A stretch of 64,000 bases of DNA, taken from contig NW_003314383.1 in the NCBI RefSeq assembly GCF_000143415.4, positions 328,145 to 392,144 on the forward strand, read 5' to 3'. Below the pieces are notes generated by a model. That model did no database searches, had not been told where the DNA came from, and saw only the letters and a list, made by a program, of their open reading frames with translations. The position numbers and the translations under genes are program-made. This document shows, in pieces, positions 1-15,272 of the stretch (positions are counted from its first letter, which is position 1; the number at the start of each line of letters is the position of its first letter). This DNA comes from Selaginella moellendorffii. Taxonomy: Eukaryota; Plantae; Lycopodiophyta.

Positions 1-398
1 AAGCTTTTCTTGTCATAAGTTCGTTGTGATTGACGATCAAGTGTGGCAAACAGCTGGAACACACTTAAGAAACAAGTTGGCTGTCGATCAAAGTTGCTGA
101 TTGATTGATCGCGCGAGAGATCGAAAAAAGAAGAATTTTCAGAGTCATACGCACTCATCATGCTCACGCGCGGTCGAATCTTTCTTGCATACGATGGAAA
201 GAAATCGATCAAGTGATCCTTATCATATCAGCCAAGAACACACCGACTGACACCACCATGTCAATCTCACCTTCACGTGAACATTGTATTATTATTTTCT
301 CTAGAACAGCCAGAAAATTTTCCTTTTCAGCCGTCCAACAAATCCAAGAAATAAAAAAATGAAAAAATTACTGTCAATACTTTTCTTTTTTCTGGTCT

Positions 399-2714
399 TT
401 ACAAAGATCCACTCCCTTGAGCTATTTGCTCCAACCACACCGCAACTTGGCCCATTGGCGGCCGCTCCTCCGCCCTCACCCTCACGCACTTCTCCGCTAT
501 CTCCGCCAGCCTCGCCACCGGCTCCACATTCCGGGGCCCCTCCACCGCCCGATCCACCACCTCCGCCCACCGCCCCGTCCTAATCAACGGCCCAGCCCAC
601 TCCGCCACCCCTGCCGGCTCAAACTCGCAGTCGTACGCCTTCCTGCCGGACAGCAGCTCCAGCAGCACCACCCCGAAGCCGTACACATCACCCGCGGCAG
701 TCATCCGCGGCGCGGTGGAATATTCCGTATCGCGGTACCCCGCGTCCGGCGGGGCGACGCGGGCCGACCACTCCGCGTCCAGGAGAATATTCGCAGACTT
801 TACATCCCTGTGGATGACGTCCTCCTTGTGGAGGAATTCCAGGCCCCTGGCGGCCTGCGCGGCGACGCGAAGCCTCAGTCCCCACCCCAGCGGTGAGAGC
901 CCGCCGTGGAGGTGGTCGCGCAGCGTACCGTGCGGCATAAACTCGTACATGAGGAGCCGCTCGCCCATCTCCCCGCAGTAGCCCACCAGGTTGACAATGT
1001 TGGCGTGGCGGAGCTTGCACAAGATCTCAAGCTCCGCGTCGAAATCCCGGCTGCTGCCGTGAATCCTCTGCGCCGCATTCGCGCGCTTCACCGCCACCAG
1101 CTGCCCGTCGCCCAAGACCGCCTTGTACACGAAGCCATAGCTCCCGCGGCCCAGCTCGTTCACCTCCTTGAAGTTGCCTGTGGCGTCGCGGAGCTCGGAC
1201 AGCCGGTACCGCAAGGCCTCGGGCGGTTTGACGCACGGTATGCCGCCGGAGCCAACCGACTGCAGCTGCATGCCGCCGGAGGTGCCGGTGCCGGTGCCGC
1301 CGTTTTGGTGGCCGTAGGCGCCGTCCCCCGATCTCCCGCTGCCGCTGTTCCGCCACCATCTCCCTCTCCGCCGCTGCAAGCAGCACCAAGCCAACAGCCC
1401 AATCACCGCCACCACGACGCCGCCAGAGATGGCGGCACCCAGTACCGCCGCTAGGCTTACCGCACGGTGGCGCCGCTCTTCCACCCCAACAGCGCTGATC
1501 TCGGGCGCCACTGGCAACGGCGACAAGTGGCACAGCCCGCGGCACAACTTCGTCTCGCACAGCGAGCAATCAGTGCACCGCCGGTTGTCATTCGCGCCAC
1601 AGGGTGCCGACACGAACGATCCATTCGAGCAGTCGCTCGCGCACGGCGCGCACACCTGCTGTGTGCTGCTCGAGCACAAGCCCGCGGTAACCACGCCCAG
1701 GCTGGACGCGTTAAAGCTAAACTCTCCCGCACCGCACGGCGCAGCGGTACACACTCCGGGGCTCGACAGCTGCAGCGGCGGCGCGAACTCCGTGCCATTC
1801 CCCCAGCACACCACGAGCAAATTATCCTCCCGTACACCGCACGTCACGACGCGCGACGAGGCCAGCGCCAAGAACTCCGTCCGGTCTGGCGCCGCCGACG
1901 CATTAAACCCCCGCCCCCAGCACATAACGCCGTGCGTGTCCTGCCGCACGGCACACCCATGATTCAATCCCAGGCTGAGAACCACGAAAGGTATACCGCG
2001 CGGTGCATCCGTCTGACCAAGCCGGTTGTCCCCCCAGCACCGAATCTCCCTCGACTTCCTCACAATCCCACACGCGTGCTCGCCGCCGGCAGACAGCGAC
2101 TCAAACTCCACGTCACCAGGCGGAGCCGTGGCAGCAAGGCTGGCATCGCCCCAGCACCGCGCGGTACCGCCATCGCCGGTCTCTATACCGCAAACAAACC
2201 TCCGCCCCGCGACCAGGGACCGCAGCGTCACGCCGCGCGGCACGTTAAGGCTGTCGTCCCCGTTCCAGCAGTCCACCAGCGCGTCCTGGGAGCGAGCAGC
2301 GCAGACATGGCCGTCGCCAGCGGCGATGGAATCGTAGCTCGTGTTCTGGAACTGCTCGGGGACGATGTTGATCGACGTGAGGTTCTTCCGCCAGCAAAAG
2401 GGACGCTGGCTCCCGGCCGCGATCCCACACATAAATCCCATTCCACCCGAGAGACCCAGCATCGCCGGACCCGTCGATGGCCACTCCAAGCTCTCATTCC
2501 TCCCCCAGCAAAACACTTGCTGCTCGAACGTCGCCTCGACCGCGCAAAACAATGGATCGTCCTCCCCGTACGAGGCAGCGATAGAACACATACCGCCCAG
2601 TCCGAGAACCATCTTCGCCGAGCTCAAGAACTCGAGGAAGAACACGAAGAGAATTGTCCTGCTATAACTCAGCGATGGTGGTGGCAGTGGTGAGGATTTG
2701 CCGCCGAAAGTCAT
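399..2714 (-). CDS. CRINKLY4-related receptor-like kinase (CCR1/CCR2 type), intronless, 771 aa; kinase domain probably inactive
   Basis: N-terminal hydrophobic segment; crinkly (RCC1-like) repeats (CWG..., GxxHxC); Cys-rich TNFR-like region; TM helix AVLGAAISGGVVVAVIGLLAWCC; kinase motifs LGRGSYG, VAVK, HRDVKSANILL. DFG and most of the activation segment are absent. Confidence 0.93.
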   Translation of the reverse strand: MTFGGKSSPLPPPSLSYSRTILFVFFLEFLSSAKMVLGLGGMCSIAASYGEDDPLFCAVEATFEQQVFCWGRNESLEWPSTGPAMLGLSGGMGFMCGIAAGSQRPFCWRKNLTSINIVPEQFQNTSYDSIAAGDGHVCAARSQDALVDCWNGDDSLNVPRGVTLRSLVAGRRFVCGIETGDGGTARCWGDASLAATAPPGDVEFESLSAGGEHACGIVRKSREIRCWGDNRLGQTDAPRGIPFVVLSLGLNHGCAVRQDTHGVMCWGRGFNASAAPDRTEFLALASSRVVTCGVREDNLLVVCWGNGTEFAPPLQLSSPGVCTAAPCGAGEFSFNASSLGVVTAGLCSSSTQQVCAPCASDCSNGSFVSAPCGANDNRRCTDCSLCETKLCRGLCHLSPLPVAPEISAVGVEERRHRAVSLAAVLGAAISGGVVVAVIGLLAWCCLQRRRGRWWRNSGSGRSGDGAYGHQNGGTGTGTSGGMQLQSVGSGGIPCVKPPEALRYRLSELRDATGNFKEVNELGRGSYGFVYKAVLGDGQLVAVKRANAAQRIHGSSRDFDAELEILCKLRHANIVNLVGYCGEMGERLLMYEFMPHGTLRDHLHGGLSPLGWGLRLRVAAQAARGLEFLHKEDVIHRDVKSANILLDAEWSARVAPPDAGYRDTEYSTAPRMTAAGDVYGFGVVLLELLSGRKAYDCEFEPAGVAEWAGPLIRTGRWAEVVDRAVEGPRNVEPVARLAEIAEKCVRVRAEERPPMGQVAVWLEQIAQGSGSL

Positions 2715-3049
2715 TCCTTTCCAGCCTCTTTCCCTGTGATTCCTGTCCCAGATCTTGCTGCGAATGCCACAGCCAATCTTCCTCCTCCCTGATCCTTGCT
2801 ACGCGGTTCCTGCTAGAGGGCATTGAGAATTCCCTGCCTGCGAGCGATCCACTTACTAGCGGCCAGAAACCCGAGCTACCAGGCGATGATCCTCCTCCTC
2901 GGCAGCCAAGAACAGCGGGAGAAAAGCTCATCAATCTTCCTGCCAAGCTGTACATGTGCATGATCCGCCTAAAGAAAGCAACCACAGCTGGAGCGCTGCC
3001 ATCTTTGCGAGAGCCACCAAAGTTTTCTCCTGCTGAATGATTAGCCGCT

Positions 3050-3299
3050 TGCCGCCGCCGCTGCTGCTGCTACTGCCGCTGCTAGATCCCGATTGGAGCC
3101 ATCCTCATTCTTTAGTCGGGTCGGACCGAGATCCTCTGGCAATCATAGGAAGAACCAAGCTATTCGTCCCCCGCGGGGAGAAAGAATAGAAGAGACCCCA
3201 AAGAGCTAACTCCACAGCTGGACTGTGATCCCCACCACCACCACCACCACCACCACCTCCACCACTCCACCACCACCACCACCACTCCGCCACCATCAC
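3050..3299. repeat. (GCC/GCT)n and (CCA)n microsatellites upstream of the CCR kinase
   Basis: gccgccgccgctgctgctgct at ~3051-3083; (cca)n run at ~3233-3299. Confidence 0.9.
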
Positions 3300-4459
3300 C
3301 AAATTTTTTCCAAGTACCCGTCACCCGCCCGTCACCTGCCCGTCACCCCAGCAGCAAAGCCCAGCCGTTGGACGGCACAAACGACAAACGGTCCAGGCGC
3401 TGCCGCGTGTCGGCTCCCGCTTGGCCACTGCTCTTAACTAAACATCTAGTTCCCTGCCATCCATGTCTCTCGTCCTCCTCCCCCGAGCGAGATAGAAAAG
3501 CTCTCTCCTTCTCTCGCGATTCTCCTCCGAATTTACTGGAGTGGTGGTCAATTCGATTCCCGCTGTCCACTGCTGTTGTCACTGTTCCTGACTACTTCCA
3601 CACTGTTTGCGTAGACCATCCATGACTCTTGAGTTGGTCCTTGCCGAGCTTTCTTCCTGCTTTTCCGCTAAAGTTCTCGTTTCCCCCCCCCCCCCCCCCG
3701 GGAGTAAAGATCGTCGACGGGCGGAGAAAAGTGGAGTAGCAGTCCAACCAGCCGGCCAGCCAGCCAGCACCACCAGCCCAATTTGCACTGCCTGTCCCTG
3801 ACCGCCTGTTCTTCTCTAAGCTTCCAGGACATCTTGACGAGCTATTCCCAGGTCGTGTACTTTGGGCCGGCCACCTTTGCCGAAAACAATCCACTCCGCC
3901 CCTCTTTATGCTCCATACTCGTCGACTGTTTTTGCTTCCTCCCAACGTGCAAACCTCTGCCGGTTTCTCCTATTCAATGTCTCTTTGCCTTTGAAATCCA
4001 AGCGACCTGACACAGCGATTTTAGTACCAGCCTTGCAAACGATATAAAATATAATGCGATGAGGATGGGCCTGTTTAAAGCTCGAAAAATTGAAAAGGAA
4101 AAGAGTTCTTACCTTGACTTAAAACATGGCACATGGTTGGATGCGTGGCACTGAAAAGTAATCAGCATCGTCGGGACCTGACAATAACAGTTCACTGGAT
4201 TGAAGCTGCAAAACATTGCATCTGTTACAACACAAAAACTATGGCAGGGATTGAAACCTCTGAGACAAAAACTGGATATCTGGACACATTCACCTTTATT
4301 TCGTAAGAGTAAAAAAATTCGGCTGACTTCCAGAAAAACCTCTCGGTTTTATTCAGCACAGAGAAATACCTGGCTGGCGATCAATCGAAAAAGAAAACCA
4401 AAATAGTGTACATCCTGTGCCCCGTCACCCGCTCCCAAAGGAAAAAAAAAAGGAACATT

Positions 4460-7400
4460 TTACTTGGACTGAAGTAGTTGTCTAATCACGTAATGTAGAA
4501 TGCCTCCATTCTCAAAATACGTCAATTCCACCTGCAATGAGAAGCGTTACCAAGAGAATCTCGAGCAAGAATTTGAAAAACGAACCTGTGTGTCAAACCG
4601 CAAAGTGCAGGTGAAACTTTTGCCTTTATCAGTCTTCACAAGAACGTCTTGCCCCGGCTTGATGTCCTTGATGTCCGAAGGAATATCAATGGTGAACCTC
4701 TCGTACCCTGTCAATCCCAGCGATTCTGCGTCCTCACCGCTCTTGAAACACAACGGGATGATGCCCATTCCCACCAAGTTGCTCCGATGAATACGCTCAA
4801 AACTCTTCGCAATTACTGCTTTCACACCCTGAAAGGAAAGGAACATTTGAAGGCAACAATAAAAACGCAACATTTTTTACCTGCAAATACGGCCCTTTGG
4901 CAGCCCAATCCCTGGAGCTTCCACTTCCATATTCTGCACCAGCAAGTATGATGGTATCATGCCCCTCGTCTTGGTATTTCTGAAAAAATAGAAGTGAAAA
5001 ATAAAAATCTTAAAAAGTCAAAAAAATTTGCAAAATCAAATATACCTTGGCAGCGTCAAATACAGAAAGCTTTTCTCCAGAAGGTATATGAATTGTCTTG
5101 GGGCCAACCTCGCCTTTGAGAAACTTGTTGACAATCCGGATGTTGGCAAATGTTCCTCTTGCCATGATCTCGTCGTTACCCCGACGGCTTCCATAAGAGT
5201 TGAAGTCCTTTTTCTCAACTCCACGTTCCATCAAGTACCTGGCAGCTGGACTGTCTTTGTTGATGTTTCCCGCAGGAGATATATGATCAGTCGTGATGCT
5301 GTCCCCAAAGTTTAGAATACAATACGCATCTTTTACGCCGTGGACGCCAGGAGGGCTCTTCGTCATCGATTTAAAAAACGGGGGGTCATGCACGTAAGTA
5401 GATTCTGGATCCCACGCATATAAAGCACCAGAAGGAGCGGAAAGATTGTTCCACATTTTGTTTTCCTTCGTGATGGTCTTATATGTTGATCGGAACATGT
5501 CCGGAACCACGGCTTTTTCGACTACCTGGAGAGCGCATGTTAAAACAAAGAAAGCACGAGCTAGTCAACACCTTTGCCACTTCTTCGGACGAAGGCCAAA
5601 TATCCCTCAAGAAAACCTCTTTTCCTGATTTCCCAACTCCAATAGGTTCCGTATCGAAGTCGATATCAACCTATAAGCGAATTTCTGTCAGAATCCCCAG
5701 CACGAGATGCACAGCGAAGGATCTTACCGTTCCAGCTAAGGCATATGCGACTACCAAAGGAGGTGATGCCAAGTAATTAGCTCGAGTCAAAGGATGGATA
5801 CGACCCTCGAAGTTACGGTTTCCAGAAAGCACGGCAGCCGCGATCATATCTGAAATTAAGAAGTGAGAAAAATAATTCCAGCCAAAGAATTACTCACCAT
5901 TGTCAGCAATGGCAGACGCTACATCTTCGTGAATTTCTCCAGAATTACCAATGCACGTTGTGCAGCCATAACCAACCAAACTAAAACCTTGCTTGTCAAG
6001 ATACTCTGTCAAGCCACTGAAAAGCACGAAGGATGTCAGACAAAGAGTAATATACATGTCACTTAGTTTACCTCTGCTTAAGATACTTTGTAACTACCCC
6101 GGACCCTGGAGCAAGACTCGTCTTTATCCAAGGCTTTACTTGAAGGCCAAGTTCTGTTGCTTTTTTCGCAACAAGTCCGGCCCCAAGCATCACACTAGGA
6201 TTCGACGTATTCGTACAGCTTGTAATGGCGGCAATAACAACATCGCCATGTCTGAGCTCAGCTGGTTTTCCTTCAAATTTGAACTTTGCAATTGCCGACT
6301 GCTCATCTTTAGGCACGCCAAAGCCCTACAAATAGCAGCATGTCAGATAAAAGAAAATGAATTATCGGTTTCTTACCTTGAACCCGACCTTGCTATCCAA
6401 ACAATTATGCCAATCTTCTTTCATATCTTTTAAGTTTACTCGATCGTGTGGACTGAACGGTTCAACATGAGAATCTTAGCAAGTATGAAGAACCTGCCTT
6501 ACCGTTTCGGACCAGACACGCAGGGCTGTACTGAATCCAGATCCAACTCCAAATACGAAGAATAAACCTTCTCGGTTTCAGGCTGCAACAACCAAGATAC
6601 GTAAGAAACATGTGTAAAGCTCATATACATGCATACCTCATCGTAATCAATGAACATTTTGTTTGCTCGCAAGTAGGATTCAATCATCTCGACCTGGGCA
6701 CAAACAGCATTCAGAATACGTTTGTAGAGGCCGAAAGAAACAAGTACCTTCTTCTCATCACGACCGGTCATCCGCAAATACTGCAAAGACACGTGATCCA
6801 CAGGGAAAAAGCCCATGGTGGCACCGTACTCAGGAGACATATTTGCAATAGTCGCCCGATCAGCCAAGGACAGCTCTTGCATACCCTTGCCTATAAAAAG
6901 CGTGAGTAGAATACTCCAGCGAGTGCAAAACCAGAAACCTTACCATAAAACTCGACAAATTTTCCCACAACACCATGTTTCCTCAGCATCTGAGTGCACG
7001 TCAGCACCAAATCGGTAGCAGTAACTCCAGTTCGAAGTTTGCCGCTTAACTTGAAGCCAACAACCTCGGGCAAAACCATACTCATTGGCTGCAAACATGT
7101 ACTCTTTGATAAACACTACAGTAGAATCAAATCTAATTATACTGACCTGACCAAGCATCGCTGCCTCAGCTTCAATACCTCCAACACCCCATCCGGCAAC
7201 ACCAAGCCCGTCTATCATCGTCGTGTGTGAGTCAGTCCCAACTAGACTATCCGGGTATAAAAATCCATCATTAGAAAAAACTACACGAGCTAGATACTCG
7301 AGATTAACCTGCAACCAATAGTGTCTCAGAAACAAAACTAAAATATTCGAAACAGTACCTGGTGCACAATACCCGACCCAGGCGGCACAACCAGCATGTT

Positions 7401-8435
7401 TTTGAAAGCTGTAGCACCCCACTTTAGAAATCCAAATCGCTCCTTGTTACGGTCGAATTCATGTTTCATGTTGGCTTCAAGAGCATTCGCAGCCCTCGCT
7501 ACATCAACTTGAACTGAATGATCTATGACCAGATCAACAGGAATCTGAAAAAAATAAACGGAAAGAAGTTTGAGTCAAGAACATGAACTAAGTTAAGCTG
7601 ATCACGTAGCTTACCATGGGATTAATTACGTTGGGATCCCCACCGAGCCTCTTCATCGCATCACGCATTGCAGCCAAGTCAACAACAGCAGGAACTCCAG
7701 TAAAATCCTGGAAAAGAGACAGTTAAGCTAAGAAATTACGAAAGCATCTAAACTGGTGGGCTACCTGCAAGATGACTCGTGCGGGCTTAAAAGCGATCTC
7801 CACTTGCTGGGGAGCTGTGTTCTCCCAGTCTATGATTTTCTCCACATCTTCCTTTGTGACTTGAAAGTTGTCACAGTTCCTGATGCACGACTCCAGTAGA
7901 ATCTTGATGGAATACGGCAGCTTTTCTGAAAAGCCAAAGAATTTCAGTGGCCAAACCACGCACAAACAATGGGACTTACCAACGCGAGGATCGTTCAAAG
8001 CTGGCAGGCTGTAGTACTTTCCATGGCCCTCCAAAGGCTTTACCAGATTCTTGTAGGGGTTAGCTGCAAAAAACGAATCCAAGGAGAAATATTTCAGCTC
8101 TTGCGAATGCATCGCAGCGAAATCAGACCTGACGAGGAGTAGTCCCTGGAACTCCTGCGCTGTCCAGGCGCCGTCAAAACCCCGGCCTGCGCGACAGCGC
8201 ATTGACCTCCTCCGATCCTAGCGCCCCTCCTGTACCAGGCGGGGGCTCCAAACGGCAGATCGGCAGCGGCCGCAGAGGAGGAAGAAAAGTACTTCGATCT
8301 AGCAGGCCTGCCGGACCTAGCCGACGACGAGCAAGCGGAGAAATTCCTGGATCCGGGATTCTCCAAATACACCGCGCGCGCCCGCAATGCCAATCGCGCC
8401 AGGCGCGGCAACTTGAGCGACGATGACACAGACAT
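4460..8435 (-). CDS. ACO: Aconitate hydratase (plant ACO, AcnA/IRP family), multi-exon, with putative mitochondrial transit peptide
   Basis: Exon peptides [94 protein letters not shown]. Last exon ...[17 protein letters not shown] with stop at 4460-4462. Arg/Ser-rich N-terminus from ATG 8435. Confidence 0.96.
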
Positions 8436-9076
8436 CGGGGAAGAGCCTATCGATTCTCACCAGCGCCGCCTCCTCCTCTCTCCTCAAGCAATCATCGGAA
8501 TGAGAAAAGCTTCGATAGGAGATTTTCAATTCTAGGGTTCCTTCTTTTCCCTTAGAACCAACACGGGTGGAGCCGTGGCCGTCGGATGGAATGGCCATCG
8601 CCCCGCGCGCCGTCGGATCAACACGTGTGGGCGGAACGAGCACGGATAGCGACAAAAGGGAGGCCTTTCCTGATGGCGGCATTTTCATTTGCACTAATAT
8701 AAGCTAAATTAGCTTGCTTCGTTGTCCCGTTCTAACAGTGCCAAAACAGCAAGACACTTGCCCACAGCACCTTCGTTAGATTTGCGACAATTCTTTGGTC
8801 CGATCAATCGATCAATCAAGGGGCGCCCAGATCGCGATCGATTGATCCCAATTCGCGATCGAATGCGCCCAATTTGACGATTTCAAGGCGCGCATTTGCA
8901 TCCGCGCACCGAATTCCACGAATTTCGCTACCGGAGCTGCGAATTCCCCGATTCCCTGCTCGTCCATAGCGCCCTAATCGCATATGCCCATAATGGGCAT
9001 CTGGACATGTCAAGATACCCGTACGTAACTCCCCCGCTTCCGTACAAAGATGTCAATGCCTTTTATAATGAGGTTA

Positions 9077-12292
<3,216 letters not shown>

Positions 12293-12952
12293 TGCCCTGA
12301 TCGTCGCTGCTACAACATCATCCCTCGGCAGCACATCCCAAACCCTGAGCGATGACGCGAAGCCAAGAACAGAGAAAAGAAATCCCTATCTATCGCTGCG
12401 CTTCCTCTTTGTCAAGCACCTTCGAATATGCTTCGCAAGCCAGGACACGTAGTCTACGGCCACGTGTCATCGCGCTGTTCGATCAGCAATGGTAGAATGA
12501 CGCCGGCAGCATCTTCTGCAATAGATTCTTCTCGTTGAGGCGCTATGAGCGCTATGGAAAAAGGTCAGAGCATGAAAAGGCAAGATACATTTAATTTTGC
12601 AAGCTCTTTGTGCTGAGTTGGAAGTAAAGGTGTAATGTTCATGTCCGCCACCTAGCGGTCGAGGACCTCCACCACAATTTATAGCACTCCAACACTGGAT
12701 TTCCGGAAGTTGCAAAATACCTTAAGGCCGTCAACCTGGCGTTTAGATAGATGGTAAGATAGGAGAGAGTAGGAAAACATAGTAATGGCGCTGCAGTGAC
12801 TTTAAAAATATTTTTAAAACAATAATTAAAATTAAAAGATTTCATTATTTATAATATAGTTATGGATTTCCTGATTCATTGCCGATATTCATTTTACTCA
12901 AACCCTAAATATAAGTTTTTCTCATAAAAATCCATAAAGGTTTTCTTAGGGC

Positions 12953-14713
12953 ATGGCGGTCGAGTCATTTTTGAAGGCGCTGTGGGATTTGCCGCTCACT
13001 GCCGAGGAGAAGGCGTGGATCCATTTAGAGTTTATGGAAATGCCTGTGCATTTGGTAGCTAGGTACTTCATTCCTTCGACTCCACAGGACAAAGCGGCCA
13101 CACTTCGCTCCTTCCTGAAAAAACTTGAAGGTAAGAAACGGCTTCTGAGCAATACATTTGTCACTAGTGCTAAAGATCGTTTTTTCAGGTAAAAAACGGG
13201 TTCCGAGCAATACATATGTCACTAGTGCTAAGGGCAATCAGCAGGTATAAACGGGTTTGTGTGCAGCCGGAGACAATGCTAGGCCAGGCCGACCGGATTT
13301 TAGTTGCCCTTCGGTGGCTGTACTTGCTAGTCGAAGGAGGTAAAGTGCAGCTCACTCATTTACGGACGGCTAGACTTCGGAAGATAAAGGTGGCGGAAGC
13401 GGATTACTACCCTGCGATTCTGTGCTTCCTGGAAGCGGCATCTTTTGGGCAGGAGGGTTTGCACTTTGGAGGAGAGGGAAACGTAAGGAAGTCGGATCTT
13501 CAGGGTTTCGTGAGCTCCAAGATGAAGGCTCCAACCAAAGTGAAGACTTCAGTCAAGCACGCAAAGGACAGTGACCCGACAGGAGTTGAGTCGAATGCAC
13601 TCTTGATTGGGCAAGAAGCTGAATACTTGAGCCTGTGGCTATGGGCTGCCTTTTCTGCCGCATGGACAGGTTCTGGGTGGTGAAATATCTGCGACAAGAC
13701 GGAAGTGTGGAGGTGAGTCCTGAGTTCCCACGAGCGCAGAAGCCCAATGAAACTCCGCAGCAGTTGGCCCTGATGAATCCCGCCTTCATACTGATGAAGC
13801 TGAGGGATTTGGACGACAGCGAGAGCAGGCTGTGGAGTGTTAGGCTCTGTGATATCCTTCCTGGCGTGCCGTCACTGGGATTCTCGACGTTGGTTGCATA
13901 CATGGAGCAGCTGCGTGAGATACATGGTCTACGGGTTTCAGTTGTTCGTTTTCGTGGAGCACACAACGACGATATCAGCATCTCAGACCTGAACATCGTC
14001 GCTTATGGCCGCACGTCGCTTGTCATGCTCAGGAGATCGCGCTCAACGGTGTTGAAGATATGTTTGCCTGCAGATGCTGGCACCGAGAGAGAGATACATT
14101 CAGCATCGGATGATCATCCTAATCTGCGGCAACTACTGAACTGGGGGACTGTGGACGTCGGGAACAGGGAGGGTGTTTTCCAGTTTTTGGAGTTGGACGG
14201 ATTTGGGGAGCCTTTCAGAGCGAAGCATATAAGTGATTTAGCTTCAACTGAGATGATGTGGAACCAGGCATTCGAAGGTCTGAGGCATCTTCACCGCAAA
14301 GGCATCCTGCATCGAGACATGAAGCCAGACAACATGCTGGTGTTTAAAGGGAATGTATTGATGACTACGACGTCTCCTGTTTCAAAACTGATCGTCAGGA
14401 ATTGAGGAGAAAGGTTGGCACTCGCGGTTATCACTCGCCATCCAGCTCGATGCAGCCTTACAAAGAAGAAGACGACATCCTATCCCTTGCTCTGGCGTTC
14501 TATTCTGCAAGGCTCGGCATCACAAAGTCTTCAAGGACGGGGCGCTTGCAGATCTTACGATGCTGTTTGGACCCGCACCTGTTCCCTGCTTGCATGAGGA
14601 TGGCAGTTGAGGATGCTTTGCGGAAACTCGGCCTCGATCAAGAACAGGATGATGAAGACAACAAAGAAGAAGAAAATGAAGACGAAGATGAAGATGACGA
14701 TGAGGAAGGTTAA
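12953..14713 (+). pseudogene. Frameshifted Crinkler-like gene: helical header + putative PD-(D/E)xK nuclease-like domain + protein kinase + acidic tail
   Basis: Kinase motifs VAYGRTSLV, VLKIC, LRHLHRKGILHRDMKPDNML; a DYD (DFG-equivalent) and KVGTRGY lie in another frame (frameshift ~14360). Upstream KSDLQG..KVKT..IGQEAEYL resembles a restriction-endonuclease fold. Second frameshift ~13635. Confidence 0.6.
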
Positions 14714-14876
14714 GCAGAGCATAGTTGTCGGGCACAGAAGTGGAAGCTTTTTGTACTTATCTTTTTTTTTGTCTTGTTTTGTTTCTGGTACAGAAGTAGA
14801 AAGCGGTCTAAAGGTAACTATGAAGCTATTAAAGTTTGAGGTTTTAATATTAAGGAAATATATTTCAAGCGCGAAG

Positions 14877-14911
14877 AATATATATATGTATATATATATA
14901 TATATATATAT
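14877..14911. repeat. (TA)n microsatellite
   Basis: Directly visible. Confidence 0.95.
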
Positions 14912-15159
14912 TTCTCATAGCCTGGCCGATCAATATCCACCTTGGAAGAGACGAGGAGCTGGAAGTGCTGTTGTGACCAATCGATATCCACCTTAGAGTC
15001 ACGTTCAGAAGACACGAGTGATTTATGAGCGCCGGAAGTGCGCATAGCAACAGCGGACTCCACCAGATCAACGACTCGGTTGAGGCGTTGCATTAGTCAG
15101 GCTTTTTGGTTATCAAATGCAGGTCTCGTGCCGCATCATCGCTGCTCCCGGCACCTCAG

Positions 15160-15221
15160 TTCCATTTCCGGGATTCGAACCAGGGTCTTCTGGCTGAGAG
15201 CCAAATATCTTGACCGACTAA
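15160..15221 (-). pseudogene. tRNA-Glu(CTC) pseudogene, 5' acceptor strand lost
   Basis: Minus strand reads TAGTCGGTCAAGATATTTGGCTCTCAGCCAGAAGACCCTGGTTCGAATCCCGGAAATGGAA: T-loop GTTCGAATC and anticodon CTC. The 5' end does not pair with the 3' acceptor. Confidence 0.75.
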
Positions 15222-15272
15222 ATTGGTGTATTGAACCGAGATATGATTAATTAAGGGGTCAGGGCTTTAAGA

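Noticed and set aside
417-2693. Long plus-strand ORFs (e.g. 1467-2693, 408 aa) over the CCR kinase
   Set aside because: Antisense shadows of a GC-rich intronless gene; no recognisable motifs.
2662-2985. 107-aa ORF upstream of the CCR kinase as a conserved uORF
   Set aside because: No recognisable peptide and no evidence available from the sequence alone.
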